Virus record (IMG/VR): IMGVR_UViG_3300006920_000040
Location: 6,190-70,189 of that record
DNA from: a virus
Strand: one strand, 5' to 3'
DNA length: 64,000 bases
Position 1 is the first letter of the stretch. Each line of letters opens with the position of its first letter. Positions 49,275-58,144 of this stretch are shown one piece after another. Below the pieces are notes generated by a model, which saw only the letters and a program-made list of their open reading frames with translations, did no database searches and had not been told where the DNA came from. The translations under genes were made by a program, and so were the position numbers.

Positions 49275-49641
49275 TCAATCCTGATAATTGGATTGGGTGC
49301 TTGATTTTAGTTCTTCTTCGGTGGCGTCTTCGATTTCACCATATACATCCCGCCCGAGGGTCTTGAATCCACAACCTTTGTCGTATTCCTTATAACCACA
49401 GACTAAGCAGATTCGATTATCGAATCTATTAAACATACTACCCGTATATTTCGTTCTGCTTCTGAGGGATTCCTGCCGCAACCACTCAAGTTTATGTTCA
49501 CAATTATCGACGAAGTCGGAAATGTATTGTTTTTTAGCTGCTTCGATATCGACAATATCCTCTGTGAATTTTTTAATGTCGGCACGATAGTTTACCATTT
49601 TTAATGTCGGCACGATAGTTTACCATTTTTAATGGGTCCAT
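49275..49641 (-). pseudogene. Hypothetical gene whose 5' end is frameshifted by a 28-bp tandem duplication (internal ATG at 49598 could rescue it)
   Basis: MDPLKMVNYRADIK and MVNYRADIKKFTED lie in different frames. Confidence 0.55.
49570..49634. repeat. Perfect 28-bp tandem duplication (2.3 copies)
   Basis: tttttaatgtcggcacgatagtttacca twice, plus tttttaatg. Confidence 0.95.
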
Positions 49642-49642
49642 A

Positions 49643-49831
49643 TTAATCATGTTGCGGGACATCCACAAAAATTTCATTCTCCTGAAGTGCGTCCAATATC
49701 CGTTGGCCCGTCCGAGCGATTGCCGCTGTGGTTTCGGGGTCACAATAGGGGTCGATAGTTCGGGTGTAATCCACAATATAGAGATTGTGGGTGAGTCTAT
49801 TTCGAATTTCTTCTGGTGTCGGCTGTTTCAT
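49643..49831 (-). CDS. Hypothetical protein
   Basis: 62 aa; TTGACG-17-TATAGT promoter 6 nt upstream. Confidence 0.6.
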   Translation of the reverse strand: MKQPTPEEIRNRLTHNLYIVDYTRTIDPYCDPETTAAIARTGQRILDALQENEIFVDVPQHD

Positions 49832-49837
49832 GAGTGA

Positions 49838-49866
49838 ACTATATTCAATTTATTGGGGTTCGTCAA
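49838..49866 (-). promoter_or_regulatory. sigma70-type early promoter
   Basis: TTGACG-17-TATAGT. Confidence 0.65.
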
Positions 49867-49869
49867 TGT

Positions 49870-50352
49870 TTATTTTCGGTAATTTCGGATGACGGTAAAT
49901 TCGTCATGTTCCAGTAAGACTTCTTCTTTAGCGAAGTGAGATCGGTAATTCGGGAAATAAATATCTCCAGTATAATCGCCCTTAATATGACTGACAATTA
50001 GCTCGTCACAGAGAGGTAGGAATTGTCGATAGATTTCCGCCCCGCCGATGATGAAGATTTTCCATGTATCCTTCGGACTATTCCAACAATAGTCAACCGA
50101 CAGCATGTCATGGATGACTTCAACACCTTCATGGGTCCAATTTCGATCCTGAGTCATGACAATATTGGTCCGGTTTGGAAGAGGTTTGCCGATAGACTCA
50201 AATGTCTTCCGTCCCATCACGATAGGGTGTCCGGTTGTTTGCTCTTTGAAGAACTTGAAGTCGTCGGGGATATGCCATGGGATCTCCGAACCGTTTCCGA
50301 TCAGATTGTTTTTGTCCATGGCGACAATCGCGATTAGTTTGCATGTTTTCAT
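49870..50352 (-). CDS. folA: Dihydrofolate reductase
   Basis: IPWHIPDD, IVMGRKTFESIGKPLPNRTNIV, IIGGAEIY, GDIYFP. Confidence 0.97.
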   Translation of the reverse strand: MKTCKLIAIVAMDKNNLIGNGSEIPWHIPDDFKFFKEQTTGHPIVMGRKTFESIGKPLPNRTNIVMTQDRNWTHEGVEVIHDMLSVDYCWNSPKDTWKIFIIGGAEIYRQFLPLCDELIVSHIKGDYTGDIYFPNYRSHFAKEEVLLEHDEFTVIRNYRK

Positions 50353-50449
50353 AAATTTTTAACCCTCTCAGCAATATAGAAATCACTGAGAGGATTCATT
50401 ATAACCCCGTGCAGTCCTCGTTAGAGATCCCCCAAGGGGTTGACATATC

Positions 50450-50962
50450 TTAGAACGGAATTTCCTCGCTGTCAAGAAATTTTAAATATTCCTTTTCGCC
50501 ACCCGCTTTAGCCTCCCGCAATCTTCGATTAAAATCGGCTCGGTCCAACTCAATATTAATGCGTTCTAACCGGAACAGATCAAAATATTCCTTTTGATAA
50601 CCCTCCCTCTTTTTAAGCTGAGATAATAACCAGTATAAATTACCGCCACTTTCACTGCACCCGAAACAATGGAATCTATTATACCTTTCATCCATAACCC
50701 AATCTCGCACATAATTGTTGTCAATTCTAAACCACCCTTTGAACCGTTCATCGGGGATAAGTTTAGCGTTGGTCATGCGTATGGTCTCCCTGCGGAAGGT
50801 GACTATGAGTGATGGGCTTTTCTCTTTATGGAACGGACATAGCAGATAAATGCGCCCAGATGAGTTGTAGTAGCCGATGAAGTGTTTTACGTCTGAGTTA
50901 TACTCTTTCTTGGAAGACGCAATAGGGAGCGTGTGGAAGCCCGAAATGGGTGCTTTGGTCAT
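50450..50962 (-). CDS. Stand-alone CHC2 (primase-type) zinc-finger protein
   Basis: CPFHKEKSPS...FHCFGC. Confidence 0.75.
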   Translation of the reverse strand: MTKAPISGFHTLPIASSKKEYNSDVKHFIGYYNSSGRIYLLCPFHKEKSPSLIVTFRRETIRMTNAKLIPDERFKGWFRIDNNYVRDWVMDERYNRFHCFGCSESGGNLYWLLSQLKKREGYQKEYFDLFRLERINIELDRADFNRRLREAKAGGEKEYLKFLDSEEIPF

Positions 50963-50967
50963 CGTCT

Positions 50968-51306
50968 TTATTTCTCCAATTTAAAGTGTGTGATGAATTC
51001 TTTACGCCCACCTTTGAGTTTTTCTCGTTCCAGTAGAACGGACTTGGAGACATCTAATATAACCGTAGTAATTTCGAACCCCCTGTCTTCAAAAAACTTT
51101 TCAGCAACAGCGCGATGCTCCCTGAAAGATAGATATGGATCTGTGACAACAACCCGATCCCGTTCGATATGGGGTAAAACGTCTCGATCTATATCAACCG
51201 GATCATCGATTAAGAAGTGGTCGGGGTAATCTTCCTTTGCACAGGTGGTCTTCCCGCTACATGGAAGACCACCGATCAATACAACCTCTTTAGAGTTGGT
51301 CTGCAT
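50968..51306 (-). CDS. Small P-loop kinase (AAA_33/PNK-like)
   Basis: GLPCSGKTT. Confidence 0.75.
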   Translation of the reverse strand: MQTNSKEVVLIGGLPCSGKTTCAKEDYPDHFLIDDPVDIDRDVLPHIERDRVVVTDPYLSFREHRAVAEKFFEDRGFEITTVILDVSKSVLLEREKLKGGRKEFITHFKLEK

Positions 51307-51717
51307 CTTTTAGTGCATTATAGAGTCTATCTAAGGAGAAGGCGAATCCCGAGTAGCTGGTGGAGTTTCCATAATATTCTTGGTCAAAACCCAATTTACA
51401 TTCAAACACAACATCCGCCTTAAGTTTATTATACAGCTTGTGGGACACATTCTCGTTAACTAAGGTGAGGATGTCCCCTAGGGGGTCCTCACCTTCACCA
51501 TGGGTAGTGGTAAAGGGGTGGGGGTTTCATCATCCCAATAATTACCCCCTTCATAACCGTAGGTTTTGGTCACGACACTGATGTAATGTTCACCATCCTT
51601 GATTGGGGTTGGGGTTCTACTGCTCCGTTCGATATCATTTTTAATACAGACAATGTCTGCTTCTTCAATTTTTTGTAGGAATTCGTTGCAGTTCATTGCG
51701 TTTTTATTTTGGTTCAT
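51290..51717 (-). pseudogene. Phage gene split by a -1 frameshift near 51511-51517 (lesion or programmed)
   Basis: The first frame GGNYWDDETPTP continues in the -1 frame as TTTHGEGEDPL...QEYYGNSTSY...LDRLYNALKDADQL. Confidence 0.65.
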
Positions 51718-51745
51718 TTTCTGGAATTTGTCAAGCTTATTGGTA

Positions 51746-51937
51746 TCAGTCGAAGTGGATTTCTGCAACTTCCGCAACTACAGGCGTTATATATCGCCAG
51801 TAAACCCCAGTAACTTCATGGAGTTTGTTCTGGTGGAACAACGAATCACCAATACGTGGGACGTTGTTCACGAATCGGACTTCAGCTTCGTGGGGTGGAC
51901 ACCCACTCCAATATATTATGATTTTAGTTTTTATCAT
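51746..51937 (-). CDS. Hypothetical protein
   Basis: 63 aa; VPRIGD motif. Confidence 0.55.
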   Translation of the reverse strand: MIKTKIIIYWSGCPPHEAEVRFVNNVPRIGDSLFHQNKLHEVTGVYWRYITPVVAEVAEIHFD

Positions 51938-52530
51938 TTGTTCGTAGTGAGATAGTCAAAAGCCCCCTTCAATCGGACCCCTGCGGCTCTTCCCGCCGCC
52001 ATAATATTGTCCACCGTTGCAGGTGGTAGCTTGGTTTCGATGACCAAAGGTTCACCGGTCTTGGAGTTTTTGAGTCTATCACACACGATACTCTTCGTCT
52101 CCGATTGGGTTGATTCGTTGCTCTCTTTAATGGCATTCAAACACTTGTGGAAATTGGACGCATATGAGTTGAGGGTGTGATGTTTGGCGTCATTGGGGTT
52201 GGAGATGTATTTTTCGATCCAAGCTTCACATAACTTATAATCAACATAGTTCCCGCTAGGATACCAGAACAATACCAATTTACCCTCAATTCGAGCCCAA
52301 TTTACCCTCATCCAAACTTGTAAATCCAGCTTATTATCACCGATATTGCCCACATGGACACCCCAACCGTTACTGATCTGATCCCATTGGACACCCTTGT
52401 TATCACCCCTCTCATAACCGTCATGGGCGTTTTTGTTCCAGAGGGTGGTGAGTTCAAAGCTGTTTGCTTCAACGGCGAAAAAGGTTTTCTTCATTCGTTC
52501 TTCGGCACTGCCGGATTGTTCGTTAATCAT
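51934..52530 (-). CDS. Hypothetical protein
   Basis: Start ATG 52530, 6 nt after TTGACA-16-TATGTT. Confidence 0.65.
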   Translation of the reverse strand: MINEQSGSAEERMKKTFFAVEANSFELTTLWNKNAHDGYERGDNKGVQWDQISNGWGVHVGNIGDNKLDLQVWMRVNWARIEGKLVLFWYPSGNYVDYKLCEAWIEKYISNPNDAKHHTLNSYASNFHKCLNAIKESNESTQSETKSIVCDRLKNSKTGEPLVIETKLPPATVDNIMAAGRAAGVRLKGAFDYLTTNK

Positions 52531-52563
52531 GTTCGAAACATACAAGGTTTCTCGGAATTGTCA

Positions 52564-52593
52564 AATAAAAAACCCACTATTTCTAGTGGGCTT
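52564..52593 (-). terminator. Intrinsic terminator
   Basis: AAGCCCACTA-gaaa-TAGTGGGTTT followed by a T run on the minus strand. Confidence 0.8.
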
Positions 52594-52597
52594 AATT

Positions 52598-53335
52598 TTA
52601 GACATTTCTTTGATTGTTGACATAGATGCCATAATTTTTAAAATACCATTCGTGGGGTTTATATGCCCTATGGACACCAAGCTCCTTAGATAGCTCATCC
52701 ACCTGTTTAGCCTTCCATTTGTCGAATGACAGTGTTTCGTTATCAGGCGGGAAGAAATTCTCAAAAGCCGAAACAATGACACCTAGGGGCAACCCCGTTA
52801 ATTGAGCCATAGACTCTTTACCTTCGTCATTGTTCAGATCTTCTAGTATATAACGGACGGAGTGAGCAATTTTCCAGTCATCATTTGCCCCCTCAACCGG
52901 ACATGTTTTGTGTTTTGGTAATCCGAACACCCACATTCCCTCCCCTTCCTCCACCATAGTCAATGGTGACTTATAAGAAAAAGGTTTCTTCAAGTATTTT
53001 TGGAATTCATCCAAGATGAATTGTGGCTTCAATAATACACGACCATCATCGGTATCCGCTCCGTCCGTCAGGTCTTGACTGAAGTTGGCATAATCGGAGC
53101 AAATATCGAATAGCGTTTCGCCTCTATTAGTCCCGAACTCATCGGGCTTATAGGTGACCGAATAATACCCCGATGATACGGAATCTTCAAAATCGAGGTT
53201 AAGGGACTCCCTAACCATACGGTTCGTTACTCAAGTCTCGGGGTCTTCGATATCAATGGGTGTATCGGGATTTTCTTTGATTTCCTTTTCAAGCCATTTG
53301 ATGACATTCTCGGTGGTGATTACTTCTAGGTTCAT
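52598..53335 (-). pseudogene. 246-codon ORF with in-frame TGA at 53231-53233 (pseudogene, readthrough, or two genes)
   Basis: MNLEVITTE...EDPET*VTNRMVRESL in one frame, directly after a TTGACG promoter. Confidence 0.55.
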
Positions 53336-53380
53336 ATTATCAATGTATAGTTTGTTTTTTTGGGGTCGTCAAGATTATTC

Positions 53381-53779
53381 TTAGAATAAGAATAAATCGA
53401 TACGGGGAATATCCGGTGTGTTGGTATAAATCACCCGAACCTCTTTATCGAACCGGTAACGGGAATTTGGGGAATTTGTTGTTACCTCATCAAACAACAA
53501 ATCCAATTCACTCTTTTCTGTGGGTTCATTGCATGCTGGTGCTTTGTTGTTGGAGCTTAGGACCTGTATATTCGGAAACTTCAACTTAAATATACGTAAG
53601 ATATCCTTTTCTCGATATGGGTTGGCTAAATCGTGTGAATATACCACAAGATCTAGATCCTTCTTCGACTCCCCAGAAAAGAGAACCGATCCTGTGAGTG
53701 AAAGGTGCCCACCCTGTCGGGCAATATCAGGCTCCAGTTCTTGGACGAGAGCCACCGCTTGTTCCAATGTGATTAACAT
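53381..53779 (-). CDS. Minimal nucleotidyltransferase-fold protein
   Basis: LTGSVL..GES.KDLDLVVY...RIDLF. Confidence 0.7.
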   Translation of the reverse strand: MLITLEQAVALVQELEPDIARQGGHLSLTGSVLFSGESKKDLDLVVYSHDLANPYREKDILRIFKLKFPNIQVLSSNNKAPACNEPTEKSELDLLFDEVTTNSPNSRYRFDKEVRVIYTNTPDIPRIDLFLF

Positions 53780-53783
53780 GATT

Positions 53784-54434
53784 TTATTTGTTTAGAAACT
53801 CATCCAAATCAAAATCGTCACTTGAGTGGGATATATTATATTCAACCACGCAGATCTTACGACCCAACTCCTCACAGATCTCCTCAACCGTCACCTCCTC
53901 AACCGTCACCTCCTCGACTGGTTCTGTGATTCTAGTGAGGCACCACCAAGGGACAAAGTGATAGAAACCATCTAGGTTAAATCCTCTAGATGGATCACCC
54001 CACCCATAGCCTTTAATCTGAAAATTTCCACCCACAACCTTCTTAATTTCATAATCTCTTTCACCAGAGTCTACGACACCCCACCCACGGTAGTTGTCAA
54101 TCACTGGGTAGTTGGTAATCTCCACCCAGTCACCCGCCACCAAACCGCTCGCCTCTTGGTCACGGATGTATTGTTCTTCGGGGTCAATCTTGAGTTGGAG
54201 ATCCATTGAGGGAATGTCACTATTCTGACCTCGACGGCATACCCCCACACCATCCCAGCCATAGGGATATATTGAGTTATTTGTGTTCGAAGTGACGACA
54301 CCGATGACGACGACACCTTGGTTGTCCGTGGTTTTGATTTTGAGGATTTCCACTTCTTCATGACCACCAGTCCGGTAGGTGTCATCGAGATTGATCGTGT
54401 GATCTGTGGGGATGGGGACGTATTTGTCTGTCAT
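53784..54434 (-). CDS. Hypothetical protein
   Basis: ATG 6 nt after TTGACA-16-TAGGAT; C-terminal TVEEICEELG motif. Confidence 0.65.
   Translation of the reverse strand: MTDKYVPIPTDHTINLDDTYRTGGHEEVEILKIKTTDNQGVVVIGVVTSNTNNSIYPYGWDGVGVCRRGQNSDIPSMDLQLKIDPEEQYIRDQEASGLVAGDWVEITNYPVIDNYRGWGVVDSGERDYEIKKVVGGNFQIKGYGWGDPSRGFNLDGFYHFVPWWCLTRITEPVEEVTVEEVTVEEICEELGRKICVVEYNISHSSDDFDLDEFLNK
53881..53915. repeat. In-frame 15-bp tandem repeat (EEVTV x2)
   Basis: tcctcaaccgtcacc twice. Confidence 0.85.
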
Positions 54435-54464
54435 GGGCACATCCTAACAGAATCGATGGGGGTG

Positions 54465-55475
54465 TCAACAATTAATTTCGATGGATTCTGACATAATTGT
54501 GATTAAGTCAACAAACTTGGATTCTTCAATCTTCTCGGTTTTCAAAGAATCCCACCATTGGATTGCTGCTGGCATTTGTTTCGGCCATAGATAATTTTCA
54601 AGTATTTCTTTGGGTGTCCAATCACCATTAGCCAACATTTTGAAAGTCTTTAATGTTTCCTCCATAGATTTCCGAGAATTACCTGCGTCTCTTAAAAGAG
54701 TATCAACGTCGAAATCATCACGGGGTTCGAATATCTTCTTTTGACCTCGGGAGTCATAGCCGTCGCGTTTCAGATTTTTCTCGGAATAGGTATCATCCAC
54801 CTCCTTAAGAAACTCTTTTCTGGATAAACGGCGAAAGGGTTTATTGGTCATCTGATAACCATTTTCGTCCAATTCCCTTACCCAAAATGCTCTTATCGAA
54901 TTGGGGTTGAGGTCACCTGTAAACAGTGCTTGGTTTTCACCACCCATCTGCAAGAACCATGCTAAATCCGGACGATCACTCTCAAGAACCCATTCCAAAC
55001 CTTGCTTTTCAGCTTCCTTTTTAATCTCTTCGGTTCGTTTGACTTGCGCTTCCTTTCGCTGCTGGGTATTCTCTTCAGGGTCATTCGAGAAATATTCTGA
55101 CATTTGTCCTTGAACGGTATAAGATCCACTCGGCCAAACCGGAATTTCCAAATCAGATTCCTTGGCATGAAATTCGGCGATAACCGCCAATTTTTCATTT
55201 GCTCCTGTGAATTCTTTAGAGACTTTAAGCTCGGAGGACACAAATATACCCTTCGGGTTATTATTAGCTTCGTAGGAATATACCCGTTGCGCTTCACCTC
55301 TACCAGATATTCCTACTTTAGCGGCATCAACCGCATCCCTCGTATCCCTAAATCCATGGTAAACTCTTAGGGTGTCACCGTAGTTAACTTCTTCTGTATC
55401 AGAGCTACCTATATTGTGGTTAATAACCTTAGCCTCACTGATGGGATCTTGAAAATAGTCGGTAAAGTGGCGCAT
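54465..55475 (-). CDS. Leader-tagged ADP-ribosyltransferase-fold protein (H-type)
   Basis: MRHFTDYF...ISEAK leader; LRVYHG, GIFVSS, ENQALFTGDL; late box. Confidence 0.6.
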   Translation of the reverse strand: MRHFTDYFQDPISEAKVINHNIGSSDTEEVNYGDTLRVYHGFRDTRDAVDAAKVGISGRGEAQRVYSYEANNNPKGIFVSSELKVSKEFTGANEKLAVIAEFHAKESDLEIPVWPSGSYTVQGQMSEYFSNDPEENTQQRKEAQVKRTEEIKKEAEKQGLEWVLESDRPDLAWFLQMGGENQALFTGDLNPNSIRAFWVRELDENGYQMTNKPFRRLSRKEFLKEVDDTYSEKNLKRDGYDSRGQKKIFEPRDDFDVDTLLRDAGNSRKSMEETLKTFKMLANGDWTPKEILENYLWPKQMPAAIQWWDSLKTEKIEESKFVDLITIMSESIEINC

Positions 55476-55495
55476 AAAGGTATTTAGTCTATATC

Positions 55496-55738
55496 TTAAG
55501 AGTGGAATAGTGATTCAATGAGACAGATAATGACTTGATCGGAGATACTCTCGTCGGGGAAGTTAATCGAGCTACTGCATGTAAACGTAATATCATTCAA
55601 CCCCTGTTTTATTAGGTTGATGACGAATTCATCCAAATCGTCTTCAGTCTTCACCTCCCATGTCTGTTTGTCAGTCGAGAGCCGGAGGATGTCTTCACCT
55701 TTGGTGTTTTGGGTGGCGGTGGCATATATCAGTGTCAT
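55496..55738 (-). CDS. Hypothetical protein
   Basis: 80 aa ORF. Confidence 0.5.
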   Translation of the reverse strand: MTLIYATATQNTKGEDILRLSTDKQTWEVKTEDDLDEFVINLIKQGLNDITFTCSSSINFPDESISDQVIICLIESLFHS

Positions 55739-55983
55739 GATGGGAATGTCCTTTCTACAGTGTCGCGTTGGTGTTTCAATAACTCTGCATGCTTCAGTGA
55801 CTTCACCTTGATCGGAAGCTCATCCACAATCTCAACCCTGCCCCTCAGACCGTTGATACCACAACTTCGCAACATTTCGTAGTGGACGATATTGACGACT
55901 ATATACCCCCTGTTGAACCACCTTTTTCTAATCACGGTGTAAATTCTGAGGCAACTCTCGGTCCATTCTCCTTTTGGATACAT
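55735..55983 (-). CDS. Hypothetical protein
   Basis: MYPKGEW start. Confidence 0.45.
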   Translation of the reverse strand: MYPKGEWTESCLRIYTVIRKRWFNRGYIVVNIVHYEMLRSCGINGLRGRVEIVDELPIKVKSLKHAELLKHQRDTVERTFPS

Positions 55984-55991
55984 AATATTTA

Positions 55992-56150
55992 TTATCTGGT
56001 TTTGATATCGGGGTGGGTGTCTAATAATGCCCACCCAATAGTCGCCAATGCGATACCGCCCCAAGGTGAGCAGTAAGCCATCACCACAAACCCTGAGGAT
56101 ATGAGTATGGCGGCTAGGATTATGCGGGAGTGGCGTTTGAGGAAAGGCAT
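55992..56150 (-). CDS. Small membrane protein
   Basis: MPFLKRHSRIILAAILISSGFVV...; read manually. Confidence 0.45.
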   Translation of the reverse strand: MPFLKRHSRIILAAILISSGFVVMAYCSPWGGIALATIGWALLDTHPDIKTR

Positions 56151-56159
56151 GATAATAGT

Positions 56160-56432
56160 CTATTGTCCAGCGTGGAAATGAAGCTCACCGACGAGATAAA
56201 CTTTACCTTCACCGTCAACGGCAACCTCAATGGTGTTCGTCCCAATATAACCGTCTTCATATGGATCATCCTCATCCAGAATCTCCTGTCGTCGTTTATC
56301 AGTGATATCACCATCATCATTGGCGGGGTGATTGGCAATCAGTTCATCTTGCGAACCATATCCAAAGAAACTATAACCCCCATCTTGATTGTCTTGGAGG
56401 CGGGTGTGAATTGTAATCGTTTGTTGTTTCAT
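56160..56432 (-). CDS. Acidic hypothetical protein
   Basis: 90 aa; TTGACT promoter upstream. Confidence 0.6.
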   Translation of the reverse strand: MKQQTITIHTRLQDNQDGGYSFFGYGSQDELIANHPANDDGDITDKRRQEILDEDDPYEDGYIGTNTIEVAVDGEGKVYLVGELHFHAGQ

Positions 56433-56514
56433 CGGGGGTCAAGTTAACCAAAAACCAGAATAAGTCAATATTTATCTTTGACAATGAGGGTGCATCGATT
56501 ATTATACAGGGACA

Positions 56515-57207
56515 ATGAACCGACGAAACATTATCCAAGTCCTTGCCACGTCTGCACTAGGGACACTAAAACTGACTGCTGTATTGACACCCAATCCCCA
56601 ACAAATCACCGATAGATACAATAGAAAGGTCTGTAGGGAAATGCTAGCCACCATTAATGGGCTAGGGGAAGCTGGTGATCGATTCGACATCCACCGCATG
56701 ATGAAATCTGATTTGGCCAATAGGCGAAACCTCTTTTCCCCACTTATCCACAATGTGGTGGTGTCACCCGACACCAAACAGATCCAACACCCCAATGGGA
56801 AATGGTCAGAGGTCAGACACTCCCGAATTAACCAAGCCCATTATACACTTACTGAAAATGGAGAGGGTCTCACGGCATGTCTAGCGAGTGAAGCAAAGGT
56901 GCGGGTTGTCCAAAAGCTCTTAGACCAAAAACGATACACGGTTGTGGACGATGTAGACTCCGTGGATATCCCCGAAGGTTTCGTGGTTGATGATCTAGAT
57001 AGCATTGGCGCTAAAAGGTGGAGGCATGGGATTATATGCAAACTCGTTCACAACAAACCTCTGGTAACTATTAACTGGGCTTGTCTGTTGAAGCTACAGG
57101 AACCTATTTCGGTGGAAGGCTTCAGCCCATTACCCGCATTTTACACCCAATATGCAATCCACATTGGGGAACTGGAAGACACCCATTTGTGTATTCAGCG
57201 TGGTTAA
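56515..57207 (+). CDS. Hypothetical protein with twin-arginine-like N-terminus
   Basis: MNRRNIIQVLATSALG; TTGACA-16-TATTAT promoter. Confidence 0.6.
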   Translation: MNRRNIIQVLATSALGTLKLTAVLTPNPQQITDRYNRKVCREMLATINGLGEAGDRFDIHRMMKSDLANRRNLFSPLIHNVVVSPDTKQIQHPNGKWSEVRHSRINQAHYTLTENGEGLTACLASEAKVRVVQKLLDQKRYTVVDDVDSVDIPEGFVVDDLDSIGAKRWRHGIICKLVHNKPLVTINWACLLKLQEPISVEGFSPLPAFYTQYAIHIGELEDTHLCIQRG

Positions 57208-57208
57208 A

Positions 57209-57598
57209 TTAGGGGGTCCAAATCATGGACTCCCGTGTGGTGTAGTCCTTGGTTCTCCCCTTGTTGGGTTTAAATCCAAAGGACTTATAGAATTTCTCCA
57301 ACCTACCAACAGAACTGGCACCAAAGACCTTACTGGGTGTTAATAGAACTCTCATGTGATACCTCTGAGCAAGTTCCAGAAGCTCTCTCATGGCAACACT
57401 ACCAAGACCCTGACCTCGGGATTCTTTGGCGATCTTGATCTTATTAAGAGTAATACTCCCCCTGTGAGCGGATACGAACGACTCAATGCCACGTTCCTCC
57501 CACTGGTCACTGAGTGAATCCAAAGCTTTGTTTGCCGAGACATCCGCCTCTCTGGCAGTATTGGACTCGGTCAAGAAGTAGGCTTGAAAGGATATCAT
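57209..57598 (-). CDS. Leader-tagged GNAT acetyltransferase
   Basis: MISFQAYFLTES leader; RGQGLGS acetyl-CoA motif; LEKFYKSFGF. Confidence 0.88.
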   Translation of the reverse strand: MISFQAYFLTESNTAREADVSANKALDSLSDQWEERGIESFVSAHRGSITLNKIKIAKESRGQGLGSVAMRELLELAQRYHMRVLLTPSKVFGASSVGRLEKFYKSFGFKPNKGRTKDYTTRESMIWTP

Positions 57599-57617
57599 GG
57601 TATTAATTATTATCCGC

Positions 57618-58136
57618 CTAGTTTAGCCCCATTATCCGTTTGGCTCGGGGGTGGATACCGTCATCAACCACCTTCACAAGGGGATTTCCTTTGAAATCCT
57701 CTATTCGGCCTTTAACTTTTCGGCCAAGCTTACGGGAAGCGAACAACCTATGGTGACCATCATCCAATTGAATGCGACCATTTCTACCGATAATGAGTTC
57801 CACCGGTTCCTCAAAGCTGACCGAATTCACCCACTCCATCCCACGTAATTCATAGAGATACTCGGGGTTTGCCAAATCGTCCTTCCAAATAATCTCGATG
57901 TCATCGGGATCTAAATGTAGAATTTCACCACGTTCATATCCATATGCGAGGAAATCCAATTGATTAGTGATCTCCTTGGGGATTGGGATTTTACCTTCGG
58001 CAGCTTGGTGGGAAATACCACGAACATATTCCTCGTCCCAACCATCGGGTAACTGGGTGTATTCTTGGATAATATCCCCTGTTGTGGCAAATGTCTCCTC
58101 TATGATGTGGAGCATCCTGTTGAACTTGGTGGACAT
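57618..58136 (-). CDS. Leader-tagged ParB/Srx-like domain protein
   Basis: MSTKFNRMLHIIEET leader; PVEL...LDDGHHRL. Confidence 0.75.
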   Translation of the reverse strand: MSTKFNRMLHIIEETFATTGDIIQEYTQLPDGWDEEYVRGISHQAAEGKIPIPKEITNQLDFLAYGYERGEILHLDPDDIEIIWKDDLANPEYLYELRGMEWVNSVSFEEPVELIIGRNGRIQLDDGHHRLFASRKLGRKVKGRIEDFKGNPLVKVVDDGIHPRAKRIMGLN

Positions 58137-58144
58137 GATGTTAT

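Noticed and set aside
49570-49634. 28-bp repeat as a CRISPR array
   Set aside because: Copies are directly adjacent with no spacers, and no cas genes are present.
53881-53915. 15-bp repeat as a regulatory element
   Set aside because: In-frame coding duplication (EEVTV).
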